Below, one piece after another: positions 7,464-15,657 of a stretch of DNA of 64,000 nucleotides. The position numbers and the translations under genes were made by a program. Origin of the DNA: a virus (lineage: Duplodnaviria; Caudoviricetes); IMG/VR virus record IMGVR_UViG_2823592041_000002, positions 1 to 64,000 of that record; one strand, 5' to 3'. The notes under the pieces were generated by a model, which had not been told where the DNA came from, made no database searches, and was given only the letters and a program-made list of their open reading frames with translations. Position 1 is the stretch's first letter, and the number at the start of each line of letters is the position of its first letter.

Positions 7464-7594
7464 TATAAATTTTTTAATAATGCACCTAATACTACTCCAA
7501 GGACTCCTAAGACAGCAGCCCATTCGAATATACCAACTCCATAAAAAGATGGTTCTTTGTTATCTCTTAAAAATAAAGATTTCTTTTTTTTCAC
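7463..7594 (-). CDS. small membrane protein (43 aa)
   Basis: GTG start, ...GIFEWAAVLGVLGVVLGALLKNL*. Confidence 0.45.
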   Translation of the reverse strand: MKKKKSLFLRDNKEPSFYGVGIFEWAAVLGVLGVVLGALLKNL

Positions 7595-7713
7595 GATTTA
7601 CCTTGGAAGATTCGCCCAAACGAACCAAGACCAAGCTTTTTCATTTTCATTCATTTTTCACACCTTATACTATAATTAGAATACAAAACTTAATCAAAGG
7701 TAAAGATAACCTT

Positions 7714-7986
7714 TTACCATGCTTCATAATAAAGGATACCGCAAAGGTTAGTTTCTGAGATTCTACCTTCTTCTTTAAGCTCTTCCAAAGCATTTTCAAT
7801 ATCCTTTATTTCATAATCATCTGAGAATTTTATCATAATGTCGTCAAAGTTTGGATTAGTTTGTCTTTCTCCTACTTTCTTAATCCAACTATATATAGTT
7901 TCTTTCAGCATATTTTTATCTACTTTTTTTGTTCCTCTCTGAGAACTTTGTAAATATCTGCCTTGATGTCTGGATTTCCACCACAC
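7714..7986 (-). CDS. winged-helix-like protein
   Basis: DIENALEELKEEGRISE pattern; true start probably MLKET. Confidence 0.55.
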   Translation of the reverse strand: MWWKSRHQGRYLQSSQRGTKKVDKNMLKETIYSWIKKVGERQTNPNFDDIMIKFSDDYEIKDIENALEELKEEGRISETNLCGILYYEAW

Positions 7987-8135
7987 AAAGCTATAGCGAG
8001 TGATGTGTTTAAGGTTTTCATCGCACCTTTCCTATCACCCTCTTCTAACTTTCTAATAACTCTATTAAATAGTGGTCTATACTGTGGATATTTTTTATAG
8101 AGTTTTTTTACACTCCCTATAAAAGATTCATTCAT
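7920..8135 (-). CDS. hypothetical protein
   Basis: ORF track. Confidence 0.6.
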   Translation of the reverse strand: MNESFIGSVKKLYKKYPQYRPLFNRVIRKLEEGDRKGAMKTLNTSLAIALCGGNPDIKADIYKVLREEQKK

Positions 8136-8299
8136 CTTCTGTTCCTTTTTTTGTTGGGGCAGACTCTACAAGGATTATCGAAATAGTAATCTTTTACTTT
8201 TTCACAATACCTCATTTGACGGACTACCCCATTTTTAACATCAAAACAGTTTGAGTTCTTTAATACATCACCACATTTTTTTTCGTCAACTTTTTCCAT
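8132..8299 (-). CDS. small Cys-rich protein (55 aa)
   Basis: MEKVDEKKCGDVLKNSNC...YCEK...PCRVCPNKKRNRR*, ATGA overlap with next gene. Confidence 0.5.
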   Translation of the reverse strand: MEKVDEKKCGDVLKNSNCFDVKNGVVRQMRYCEKVKDYYFDNPCRVCPNKKRNRR

Positions 8300-8310
8300 A
8301 ATACCTATAT

Positions 8311-8796
8311 CTATATAGAAGACATGAAATCACTAGCAAGTTGATTTGTTTTAGATTTACTAATACCTTTGGTTTTTTTCTTCGAATTCTTTTTAGCAAT
8401 CTTTTTCTTGACAGCCTTCTTCGCTTTTTCCCAAGGAATCATTTCATAACCTTTTCCCCAATCACCTATGCCCAGATTGACATAGAAGGCAGTGTCGAAA
8501 TAATCAATCTGTGCATCAGAGTTATCGTAAAATTTTCTCGATGACCCAAATAATATTATCTCTAGAATTTCTTCAAACAAATTTTTGTGAGGGCCTTCTG
8601 GCAGATGGTATCGGTTAATTGATGTGTGACAGTCAGGTCTGAACCTATTTACGTAACTGAAGTCATATGGAGACTTTAGTATATTCACATGGACAGATGA
8701 ACCACGTTCTCGTCTAACAGAGAACTTTATCTCTGGGAATTTTTCTTTCAAAGCGTTTCGAATTTCCTTAACCTGTTCAGTAGTTATCCAAGCCAT
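8311..8796 (-). CDS. LPD29-like domain protein with basic tail
   Basis: KEIRNALKEKFPEIKFSVR...DNSDAQIDYFDTAFYVNLGIG. Confidence 0.75.
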   Translation of the reverse strand: MAWITTEQVKEIRNALKEKFPEIKFSVRRERGSSVHVNILKSPYDFSYVNRFRPDCHTSINRYHLPEGPHKNLFEEILEIILFGSSRKFYDNSDAQIDYFDTAFYVNLGIGDWGKGYEMIPWEKAKKAVKKKIAKKNSKKKTKGISKSKTNQLASDFMSSI

Positions 8797-8800
8797 TTCA

Positions 8801-8878
8801 ATCTCCTTTTAGTTTCTGGGGCCTTCTTTCTCACCCCTACGATCTGATCTTAACATATGGCCAGAAAAAGTCAATAGT
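8801..8878 (-). promoter_or_regulatory. early promoter, GATC class (copy 6) with 5' hairpin leader
   Basis: TTGACT-16-TAAGAT-CAGATCGTAGGGGT...GCCCC...CTAAAAGGAG; leader near-identical to copy 2. Confidence 0.8.
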
Positions 8879-8894
8879 TTTTTAAAATTATTTT

Positions 8895-9203
8895 TTATAT
8901 TTCGTTATTATATGTTCCTCCACTTGAACCATATCCCCAACCAGTATGGCCATCCGTAAATCCACCAGCACCAGTTGATGTTCCGTATCCACAACCACTT
9001 GGAAGCAAGTTTTTCCATTCTAAACCAAATCCACATGACTTCCCAGATCCAGTTCCTTCAAAGACCATATCACCATACCCTTCAGAACACCCATTACCAT
9101 AACCACTAGAAGTTGCTCCCAATCCATATCCAAAGTTAAAACCACTTCCATTGGCTCTACCATAACCTTCACCGTATTCGTAATTTGATTCATCAGTCAT
9201 CAT
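8895..9203 (-). CDS. Gly/Tyr-rich repeat protein 3
   Basis: GxGxG repeats (YGEGYG, GYGNGC, GCGYG). Confidence 0.65.
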   Translation of the reverse strand: MMTDESNYEYGEGYGRANGSGFNFGYGLGATSSGYGNGCSEGYGDMVFEGTGSGKSCGFGLEWKNLLPSGCGYGTSTGAGGFTDGHTGWGYGSSGGTYNNEI

Positions 9204-9405
9204 AATAATCCACACCAGAACCTTTCGCTACCCCAGCACCACATCCATCTTTTTCCCATTCATCACCGTAGAGGTATGTCTCACACTTTGGAAGTGGATG
9301 ATATCCGTCTGGGCGTCCTGTTCCGTACCCTACTGAATTTCCGTCACCCCAACCAATGTATTCAATATTGTCATCATCGTCACATATTGGATTAAATATA
9401 TCCAT
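9193..9405 (-). CDS. Gly-rich repeat protein 2
   Basis: GWGDGNSVGYGTG...GCGAGVAKGSG. Confidence 0.65.
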   Translation of the reverse strand: MDIFNPICDDDDNIEYIGWGDGNSVGYGTGRPDGYHPLPKCETYLYGDEWEKDGCGAGVAKGSGVDYYDD

Positions 9406-9406
9406 A

Positions 9407-9673
9407 TCAAACCTCTTCCATATAGGGAACTACATCACATTCGGGTTCATTCAAATATCCTGACCCTATGGCATTACCTCTTCCAGTACCTGTATGGATA
9501 TATCCTATGGTGTAAGAGAAGTATTCATAATACCCTTCACCGCAAGATAATCCTTCACCTGAGTAATCTTCAGAATATTCTTCACCAGAACCTAGAGCAG
9601 AGCCTCCGCCATAGGTTGAGAATATTCCGTCATACCAACCCACTTTCCCCAGTTCAATCACTGGAGTTCTCAT
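9407..9673 (-). CDS. Gly/Tyr-rich repeat protein 1
   Basis: YGGGSALGSG...GEGLSCGEGY...GTGRGNAIGSG; start reassigned to MRTPV. Confidence 0.6.
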   Translation of the reverse strand: MRTPVIELGKVGWYDGIFSTYGGGSALGSGEEYSEDYSGEGLSCGEGYYEYFSYTIGYIHTGTGRGNAIGSGYLNEPECDVVPYMEEV

Positions 9674-10013
9674 GGGAGTATTCTGTACAGGAATAAATAA
9701 CGTCTTTTGCGTATTCTGTAAGTGGGCCCAATTCTTCCCAACCATTTAATACCTTGTATTCTTCTGGAAGCATTACAGTGCTTTCTGTTGGATTTGACAT
9801 ACCATTTACAGATAAGTCTGAACAGTCAACTGCCCCAACCCATCTTCGAATTCTTCTAGAATTCTCAAGGACAAGTATATTACCTTGTGCTCCAATGTTG
9901 GATAGTTTTCCAACAAAGACACCTGCCATATTAGAACGAACTAATATGTATTTACCTAAAAACTTCTTCACCCAACTATTTTCGATTTCATTATTTTCCA
10001 TCATAATCCTCAT
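9654..10013 (-). CDS. DUF6948-like protein
   Basis: KYILVRSNMAGVFVGKL...LENSRRIRRW.GA. Confidence 0.7.
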   Translation of the reverse strand: MRIMMENNEIENSWVKKFLGKYILVRSNMAGVFVGKLSNIGAQGNILVLENSRRIRRWVGAVDCSDLSVNGMSNPTESTVMLPEEYKVLNGWEELGPLTEYAKDVIYSCTEYSHENSSD

Positions 10014-10123
10014 TTATATTCATTAAGTCTAGAAATGCCATTCCAAAACACAGGAAGCATAACAAGAAACAGTTCATACTCACAATCAATAAAAATACAT
10101 TCATTACAAATCCTTTTGATAGA

Positions 10124-10182
10124 ATGGGGGTGGCGTAAACCACCCCCATATGAGAGTGAAAGGATGCACTAAAAGGAGTGCT
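10124..10182 (-). terminator. 3'-UTR with anti-SD hairpin and GC-rich terminator-like stem
   Basis: GCACT-CCTTTT-AGTGC, ATCCTTTCACTCTC, then ATGGGGGTGG-TTTACG-CCACCCCCAT (no clear U-tract). Confidence 0.6.
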
Positions 10183-10488
10183 TTACTCGGTGTTTGTTAC
10201 GATGTTCCTAAGTTGTGTAAGAGTGAGAGGAGAGAGAACATTGGAAACATCTTCACCGATTCGTGATATATTTTTTCTAGTTGTCGTCACCCACCATAAT
10301 GGCATCGCTAACATGTTATCCTCATAAGTCAGTAAACTTTTAGGGTACCACACGTTATCTAATAGGAAAGCTTTCTGCGTTTCCTTTTCTGATCTCTCTC
10401 GCAGTTGGTCTCGACTTATCGGTAAGACTACGTAGTGTTCGACCTTGTTACTTGCTTTTCTTTTCTTTGGTATTACATGTACAGTCAT
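10183..10488 (-). CDS. hypothetical protein
   Basis: ETQKAFLL...VWYPKS motif seen in small phage beta-barrel proteins; GAGG RBS. Confidence 0.65.
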   Translation of the reverse strand: MTVHVIPKKRKASNKVEHYVVLPISRDQLRERSEKETQKAFLLDNVWYPKSLLTYEDNMLAMPLWWVTTTRKNISRIGEDVSNVLSPLTLTQLRNIVTNTE

Positions 10489-10508
10489 AATATTATTCCT
10501 CTTTTCAA

Positions 10509-11780
10509 TTACTCAGTTATTTCCTCAAAAGAAGCAGTTGTACTCACTTCATTTTTCACTAAATCATCTTCACTCATTTCCTCAATGGCAGAAACTTTTT
10601 TAAATAAGTCCATGAAACTCATTTTGGTTAAACTATCAAACCTGTTCAAGTTCAACTCAATTGACTTCTGAATATTTCCGAAAATGCTATACGCTTTCAT
10701 TATGAAAACTAATCTTCTTGTTGTAATTAAATCACTCAATACCGCCTCATTGTAAGATGTTCTTGTTATACCTGCCCAAGTAACTAACTGGTCTATCAAA
10801 GTTTCCATGTCTTCAATATCATCAGGGGTTTCAGTTTCTAGACTTTCCCAGTACTTGGTCAAAATTTTTATTTCAGTTGCCTTCTTTGGATATACTTGTT
10901 CTACAGTTACAGGGAATCTTTCAAGAAATGCTTCGTTTAGGAAACCAGTTCCAACAAACTTTCCATGTTCATCACCCTGACCTTTTGTGTTAGCGGTAGC
11001 AAAAACTTGAAAACCGTCAGAAGGTTTTACAAACTTGTTTATCTTCTTTAGGAATACACCCTTACCTTCAAGGATAGGTTGAAGGCACATAATCTCATCA
11101 GATGCTAAATCAATCTCATCAAGAAGTAACACAGCGCCTGTTTTCATTGCTTTTACGACCGGACCGTCAAACCAGATAGTCTGACCATCAACCAAACGAA
11201 AACCACCCAGTAAATCGTCCTCATCGGTACGACAAGTGATATTAACACGGTACATCTCACGTTTATTCTTCGCACAAGCTTGCTCCACCATCATCGTCTT
11301 ACCATTACCAGACAATCCAGTGATAAAAATAGGATAGAACATCTTAGACTTGATAACTTGGTCTATTGTTTTATAGTCACCCCATTTCACATAGTTCTTA
11401 TCCGCTTCTGGAACATAACTAACTTCTTGGTTTTCATCCACAACTTTTTTAGTTGCCTTAGTTCCTTTTGCTTTTTTAGGCATTTTAACTTTTTCACCTT
11501 TCACCTTTTTGGTACTTTTTTTACTAGTTGATACTGACGCAATGTAGTCTTCGAAGACTGACATTTCTGGAATCTCAAACTTACCATCACCAAATTTAAC
11601 AACATTCTCAACACTCCAAAGAGTATAAATCATATTATTGATTTGCGGTTTTGATAATTTTGGATTTAATGTTGAAGCAATATCCACTAGACCTTTTTTA
11701 GAATAAACATCTAATGGGAAAGCTGATTTATACAAAACATTTACGAACTCTCTAAACCTGTTTAATTTTTCCTCTCTCAT
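10509..11780 (-). CDS. CobS/MoxR-like AAA+ ATPase
   Basis: Walker A GLSGNGKT, Walker B LLLDEID, ATANTKG, NEAFLERF. Confidence 0.9.
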   Translation of the reverse strand: MREEKLNRFREFVNVLYKSAFPLDVYSKKGLVDIASTLNPKLSKPQINNMIYTLWSVENVVKFGDGKFEIPEMSVFEDYIASVSTSKKSTKKVKGEKVKMPKKAKGTKATKKVVDENQEVSYVPEADKNYVKWGDYKTIDQVIKSKMFYPIFITGLSGNGKTMMVEQACAKNKREMYRVNITCRTDEDDLLGGFRLVDGQTIWFDGPVVKAMKTGAVLLLDEIDLASDEIMCLQPILEGKGVFLKKINKFVKPSDGFQVFATANTKGQGDEHGKFVGTGFLNEAFLERFPVTVEQVYPKKATEIKILTKYWESLETETPDDIEDMETLIDQLVTWAGITRTSYNEAVLSDLITTRRLVFIMKAYSIFGNIQKSIELNLNRFDSLTKMSFMDLFKKVSAIEEMSEDDLVKNEVSTTASFEEITE

Positions 11781-11819
11781 AACAATCCTCTCATTTTTTA
11801 GGTTTCTTACTTAACCATT

Positions 11820-11860
11820 CGATCTTGATCATAACCAATATGACAACACTTGTCAATAGA
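11820..11860 (-). promoter_or_regulatory. early promoter, GATC class (copy 7)
   Basis: TTGACA-17-TATGAT-CAAGATC. Confidence 0.8.
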
Positions 11861-11862
11861 TT

Positions 11863-12969
11863 TTATGAAATAATATCAATAAATTTTGATAAAAGTAATT
11901 TTTCATTATTTTTAGCAATACCTTTTTTATTGAAATTGCTTTTTAAATCATCTACACTTTTTGGTATCTCTTTGTCTTTCTTTATACTTTTCGCAACATC
12001 TTCATATATACTAGTAAAAGAGAAAGTGTAGTGATGATCATATCCGTTCCAATTTTCTAAAATATCTATGGTATCTTTTGTAGTCTCGAAACCATAATAC
12101 CCCCTGTTTGTTATATTAAAACCTATTATGTTCCCTCCGACAACTTTTTTATAAAATTGTAAAATGTTTTTTAAATCATCAACATCCGCAGTTCTATAAA
12201 TAGATTTAGTTAAAGGGTCATAAGAAGACAACTTTGTCACCATCCCATCTACCCCTCTGATTGATGCACCATTAGAGGCACCATCAGTTAATGTTATAGT
12301 ATTCAAAATATCAATGTTTTCCTCTTCTTTGAATCTTAATGCTATTTGCCTCATCAATAGAACACTATCAATTAAAGGAGTTCCAGAATTTGGTCCATCG
12401 GCATTGAAACCTGCTCTGAATTTTTTAGTTTTAAAAAACATATATGTAGCCATGAAGTCATGTTGTTTGAGAGTTTGTTCATGACTGAACCATTCTCTTA
12501 ATAGAGGAAGATATTTCATTTCTAAATGTCTTTTTGAACCACAATTTTTATACTTTATTTCAGTGTCATATGTTGAACACTTACCGTTACCAAATCCCAT
12601 AACTTTATATTTGATACCAACTTTCCTACAAAAGTCTACTAGAATTAATGCTTGCTTAATAGCACCCTCAAATTTATTCCACTCCTGCATAGAACCGGAA
12701 CAATCTACTAACATAATCAACCCATGATTCTTACCCTCTGGAACTATCTTTTTTGTTTTGAAGATTCTATCATTCCAACGATAGGAGTGTAGAAGTCTTT
12801 CATCAATCACACCTGTGTCTTTTTTCTTAACTCTCTTTGCAATATTAGCAGACTTCTTACGATTAAAATCTAAAACCATCTTAGTGATACTTTGCTTATT
12901 TGCTCTTTGGAACTTTTTATATTTTTTATTCCACTTTTTATACTCTTTTTCGTTGTACATAATTTTCAC
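11863..12969 (-). CDS. CobT-like vWA domain protein (C-terminal half)
   Basis: MIDAS DCSGSM, GTPL, LTDG; GKNHGLIMLVD. Confidence 0.85.
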   Translation of the reverse strand: MKIMYNEKEYKKWNKKYKKFQRANKQSITKMVLDFNRKKSANIAKRVKKKDTGVIDERLLHSYRWNDRIFKTKKIVPEGKNHGLIMLVDCSGSMQEWNKFEGAIKQALILVDFCRKVGIKYKVMGFGNGKCSTYDTEIKYKNCGSKRHLEMKYLPLLREWFSHEQTLKQHDFMATYMFFKTKKFRAGFNADGPNSGTPLIDSVLLMRQIALRFKEEENIDILNTITLTDGASNGASIRGVDGMVTKLSSYDPLTKSIYRTADVDDLKNILQFYKKVVGGNIIGFNITNRGYYGFETTKDTIDILENWNGYDHHYTFSFTSIYEDVAKSIKKDKEIPKSVDDLKSNFNKKGIAKNNEKLLLSKFIDIIS

Positions 12970-12974
12970 CTCTC

Positions 12975-13012
12975 ACTATGATCATAACGCACTAATTAAA
13001 AATTGTCAATAA
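12975..13012 (-). promoter_or_regulatory. early promoter, GATC class (copy 8)
   Basis: TTGACA-17-TATGAT-C. Confidence 0.8.
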
Positions 13013-13017
13013 CCTTT

Positions 13018-14079
13018 TTAATATCCTTGAGATTCACACCTTTCCATCCATTTCTTAATGTCTTTCTCTATAGATTTCCAATCATCATAAAAAAATTCTT
13101 CTTCTATTATAGGTAAATCTAAAGAAGATGTGACAGGTTCCCTGTAGTAATTTCTATCCCTATCTTCGTTGAAATTTAATTTGTCTTCATTCTCTCTGAA
13201 ATTTTTATCAGTTTCTGATAAAGGTTGATCTTCATTAAAATTATTTTGATTAGAACTTCCTTCAGAATTACTTTCTTCATCACTAGGTTTGTTAATATCG
13301 TTCCAAAAATCTTCATCATCCCCATCGGAAGATGCGGAACCATCTTGGTATTCTGATTTATCAGATTTTCCAGACTGCTCTTTAGACTCCTCACCATCCC
13401 CTTCAGAATCGTCAGAAGATTCGCCCATTAAATCATTAGGGTCACCAGTTTCGGATTTTGGGTCATCTCCATCCTGCTTCTCCTGCTCTTTCTCTTTCAT
13501 TTCCTCTTTACAGTATTCAAAAAGTTTTTCAGCTAGAGTTACAACATCATCCCAAGTTTTGAGATTGTTCATCTCTTCAATATACTTTCTTTCATCTTCT
13601 TTGAATCTCATTCCAGATTCTATCTCACCAAGTTTGAATCTTATATTCAACCTGTCAATTAAAAGCATATCTTGTTTCTCTTTATCAGTCTTTTCACGAA
13701 TACCGAACAAATCCATGTCATAAAGTTCCTTATATCCTCTTTTAAAAGAAGACTTCAATCCTGGAAATTTATTTTGTATCATTTTCTCAATTCTTGCATC
13801 TTCAACAACATTTAAGAAAGTTTTAAAATTTGCACCTCTATCTTCGGTTGAATCGTGCCAACCTTGTTTTGGAGTGTGGAGTGCGTGAGAAACTTCATGA
13901 CCAATCAAAAGGTCATAAACATTTTCTGAGACATTGGCAAACTCTGGTAAAAATAAAGTTCTTGAGTCAAGATCAAAGCTTGCTGTTTTAGCATTTGGTG
14001 AATGTATTATGGATATGTTTTCCTGAGACATTAATTTCCCAACAATATCTTTATAATCTAAATTTTTTTTCGGTGACAT
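13018..14079 (-). CDS. CobT-like N-terminal metallopeptidase-like protein with acidic linker
   Basis: TASFD, GHEVSHALHT, NVVEDARIE, acidic low-complexity stretch. Confidence 0.85.
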   Translation of the reverse strand: MSPKKNLDYKDIVGKLMSQENISIIHSPNAKTASFDLDSRTLFLPEFANVSENVYDLLIGHEVSHALHTPKQGWHDSTEDRGANFKTFLNVVEDARIEKMIQNKFPGLKSSFKRGYKELYDMDLFGIREKTDKEKQDMLLIDRLNIRFKLGEIESGMRFKEDERKYIEEMNNLKTWDDVVTLAEKLFEYCKEEMKEKEQEKQDGDDPKSETGDPNDLMGESSDDSEGDGEESKEQSGKSDKSEYQDGSASSDGDDEDFWNDINKPSDEESNSEGSSNQNNFNEDQPLSETDKNFRENEDKLNFNEDRDRNYYREPVTSSLDLPIIEEEFFYDDWKSIEKDIKKWMERCESQGY

Positions 14080-14092
14080 AAAAACTCCTCTC

Positions 14093-14131
14093 TATTATGA
14101 TCTTAATATAATATTGGAGTTGTGTCAATAG
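14093..14131 (-). promoter_or_regulatory. early promoter, GATC class (copy 9)
   Basis: TTGACA-17-TAAGAT-C. Confidence 0.8.
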
Positions 14132-14733
14132 GGATTTTTAATTTTTTCAATTATTTTTTTCGTGGTATCATTTACTACATCTATTATAATGTCATTCTTT
14201 TTTGGGTCTTTCACAGTTTCCCAAGTGATGTTTATATCAGCATTCGTATATAGAGAACCGTCATTTGAATATTCGTGTTGATTTGCAGGTTTGGTGAATT
14301 GTAGGGAATTTGAATCATCTCTTGTGAATCTTTTTAAATGAATTAACAATCCTTGTCGTTCTTCTTTAATCCAATGAACTTCATCCTTTTCGTAACTGTC
14401 ATATCTAACATCAGTAACAAATGCAACATCACCCTCATAGGTTGAAATTCTTCTATCTAATTTTTCAATCCAATATCGACCATTGGTTTGTTTTCTTTTC
14501 AGACTACCATACCAAACTAGAAACTCTCTGAATTGTGTCTTATCTTCTGTTAAATCAGTCCACACATTTAAGTCGCACATTTTATACAAAAACTCATCAC
14601 AGTCATTTTTCAAATCTGAAGCTAAAGCAAATTGTTTAGAAGTGTAACCTTCAATATACAAATTTTGCATTAATAAGTCACATAGGAGATTTTTACCTGA
14701 ACGTGCAACACCACTTATACCAACAACAATCAT
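14125..14733 (-). CDS. deoxynucleoside monophosphate kinase-like P-loop kinase
   Basis: GISGVARSGK, R..L..YG, VTDVRY..E. Confidence 0.7.
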   Translation of the reverse strand: MIVVGISGVARSGKNLLCDLLMQNLYIEGYTSKQFALASDLKNDCDEFLYKMCDLNVWTDLTEDKTQFREFLVWYGSLKRKQTNGRYWIEKLDRRISTYEGDVAFVTDVRYDSYEKDEVHWIKEERQGLLIHLKRFTRDDSNSLQFTKPANQHEYSNDGSLYTNADINITWETVKDPKKNDIIIDVVNDTTKKIIEKIKNPY

Positions 14734-14756
14734 AACAAAACCTTTTTATAAGTTTA

Positions 14757-14843
14757 CGGAAGATACAGGATTCGAACCTGTGGTGGACGTTAATCCACAC
14801 TTGCTTTCCAAGCAAGCACCATAAACCACTCGGACAATCTTCC
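14757..14843 (-). tRNA. tRNA-Ser (GGA anticodon), long variable arm, CCA not encoded
   Basis: GGAAGAT/ATCTTCC acceptor, CTTGC-TTGGAAA-GCAAG anticodon arm, ACAGG-TTCGAAT-CCTGT T arm, G discriminator. Confidence 0.95.
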
Positions 14844-14856
14844 GTTCTCTAATTTA

Positions 14857-14864
14857 TATTTATA
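14857..14864 (-). promoter_or_regulatory. T4-type late promoter upstream of tRNA
   Basis: TATAAATA 13 nt before tRNA 5' end. Confidence 0.6.
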
Positions 14865-15180
14865 GACTGTGGAAACCTAAATTATTCTCTTTTTCGAAAA
14901 ACTCATTACTATAAGGTTTAACTGAAACACTGCTGCTTGACGAATATCCTTTAGTGTATCTAGATAATAAAAAAACAAAAGGTGGCGCTTTAGTCTCTGT
15001 ACCAAACCATTTTTTAGGTTTAGCTACCCACATGATTAGTTCTTGGTCTTTCATATGAACCCAAGTTGAAAATTCCACATCAGGTATATTTGAGAACCTA
15101 GAAGTGAATATATCGGACCGACTTGAAACTCTATGTTCTAATAAACTCCCCAAAACATTTGTATCAAAAGGTTTTAACAT
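14860..15180 (-). CDS. hypothetical protein
   Basis: ORF with AAGGAG RBS. Confidence 0.6.
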   Translation of the reverse strand: MLKPFDTNVLGSLLEHRVSSRSDIFTSRFSNIPDVEFSTWVHMKDQELIMWVAKPKKWFGTETKAPPFVFLLSRYTKGYSSSSSVSVKPYSNEFFEKENNLGFHSL

Positions 15181-15362
15181 TTGTATCTCCTTATTGATTT
15201 TTTTATCAAATCATTCCACATTCTTTGTTTTTCTTGTTTATTTGCTTCATGCCACATTTCCCACCATTCATAATTGGGTCTTATATTATGAACCTCTTTA
15301 TGTAAATCGGAAATTTCTTCTTGGTCAAAAGTATAATTTTTATAAGACATCATTACCACCAA
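15174..15362 (-). CDS. hypothetical protein
   Basis: ISDLHKEVHNIRP motif common in small phage proteins. Confidence 0.6.
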   Translation of the reverse strand: MVVMMSYKNYTFDQEEISDLHKEVHNIRPNYEWWEMWHEANKQEKQRMWNDLIKKSIRRYKC

Positions 15363-15363
15363 T

Positions 15364-15630
15364 TTAAGATATGTTTAAATTGCTCCATTTTTTCAATTTT
15401 TCTCTTTTATCTAAAGCATATTTATTTATCTGATTTCGATTTATCAGTCCATACTCTTCTAGAAGATTAATCATACACAAAACATCACCCACTTCTCTAG
15501 CTAGACTGCCAATTTCCTCATCATTTCTACCAAAACGAATAACTTTTGAAGCTTCCACAGAAGCTTCAGAACACTCTTCCATAAAAATTACTAACAACTC
15601 TTCTTTTTCGTCAATACTAACATCATTCAT
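15364..15630 (-). CDS. MazG-like NTP pyrophosphohydrolase
   Basis: EECSE...SKVIRFG...EVGDV. Confidence 0.7.
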   Translation of the reverse strand: MNDVSIDEKEELLVIFMEECSEASVEASKVIRFGRNDEEIGSLAREVGDVLCMINLLEEYGLINRNQINKYALDKREKLKKWSNLNIS

Positions 15631-15657
15631 AATTAACTCCCATTATAAATATTAGAA

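Noticed and set aside
8155-8230. GGGGTAG...CTGCCCC resembling a tRNA/tmRNA acceptor stem
   Set aside because: No T-arm or D-arm consensus; lies inside a plausible 55-aa Cys-rich ORF
10509-14079. Cobalamin biosynthesis (cobS/cobT) as a metabolic function
   Set aside because: No cobN or other cob genes; phage CobS/vWA pairs are better read as MoxR-type chaperone modules
1385-14131. Dispersed CCCTACGATCTGATCTTAAC repeats as a CRISPR array or mobile-element ends
   Set aside because: Spacing is kilobases and irregular; each copy has -35/-10 geometry upstream of a gene, so they are promoters
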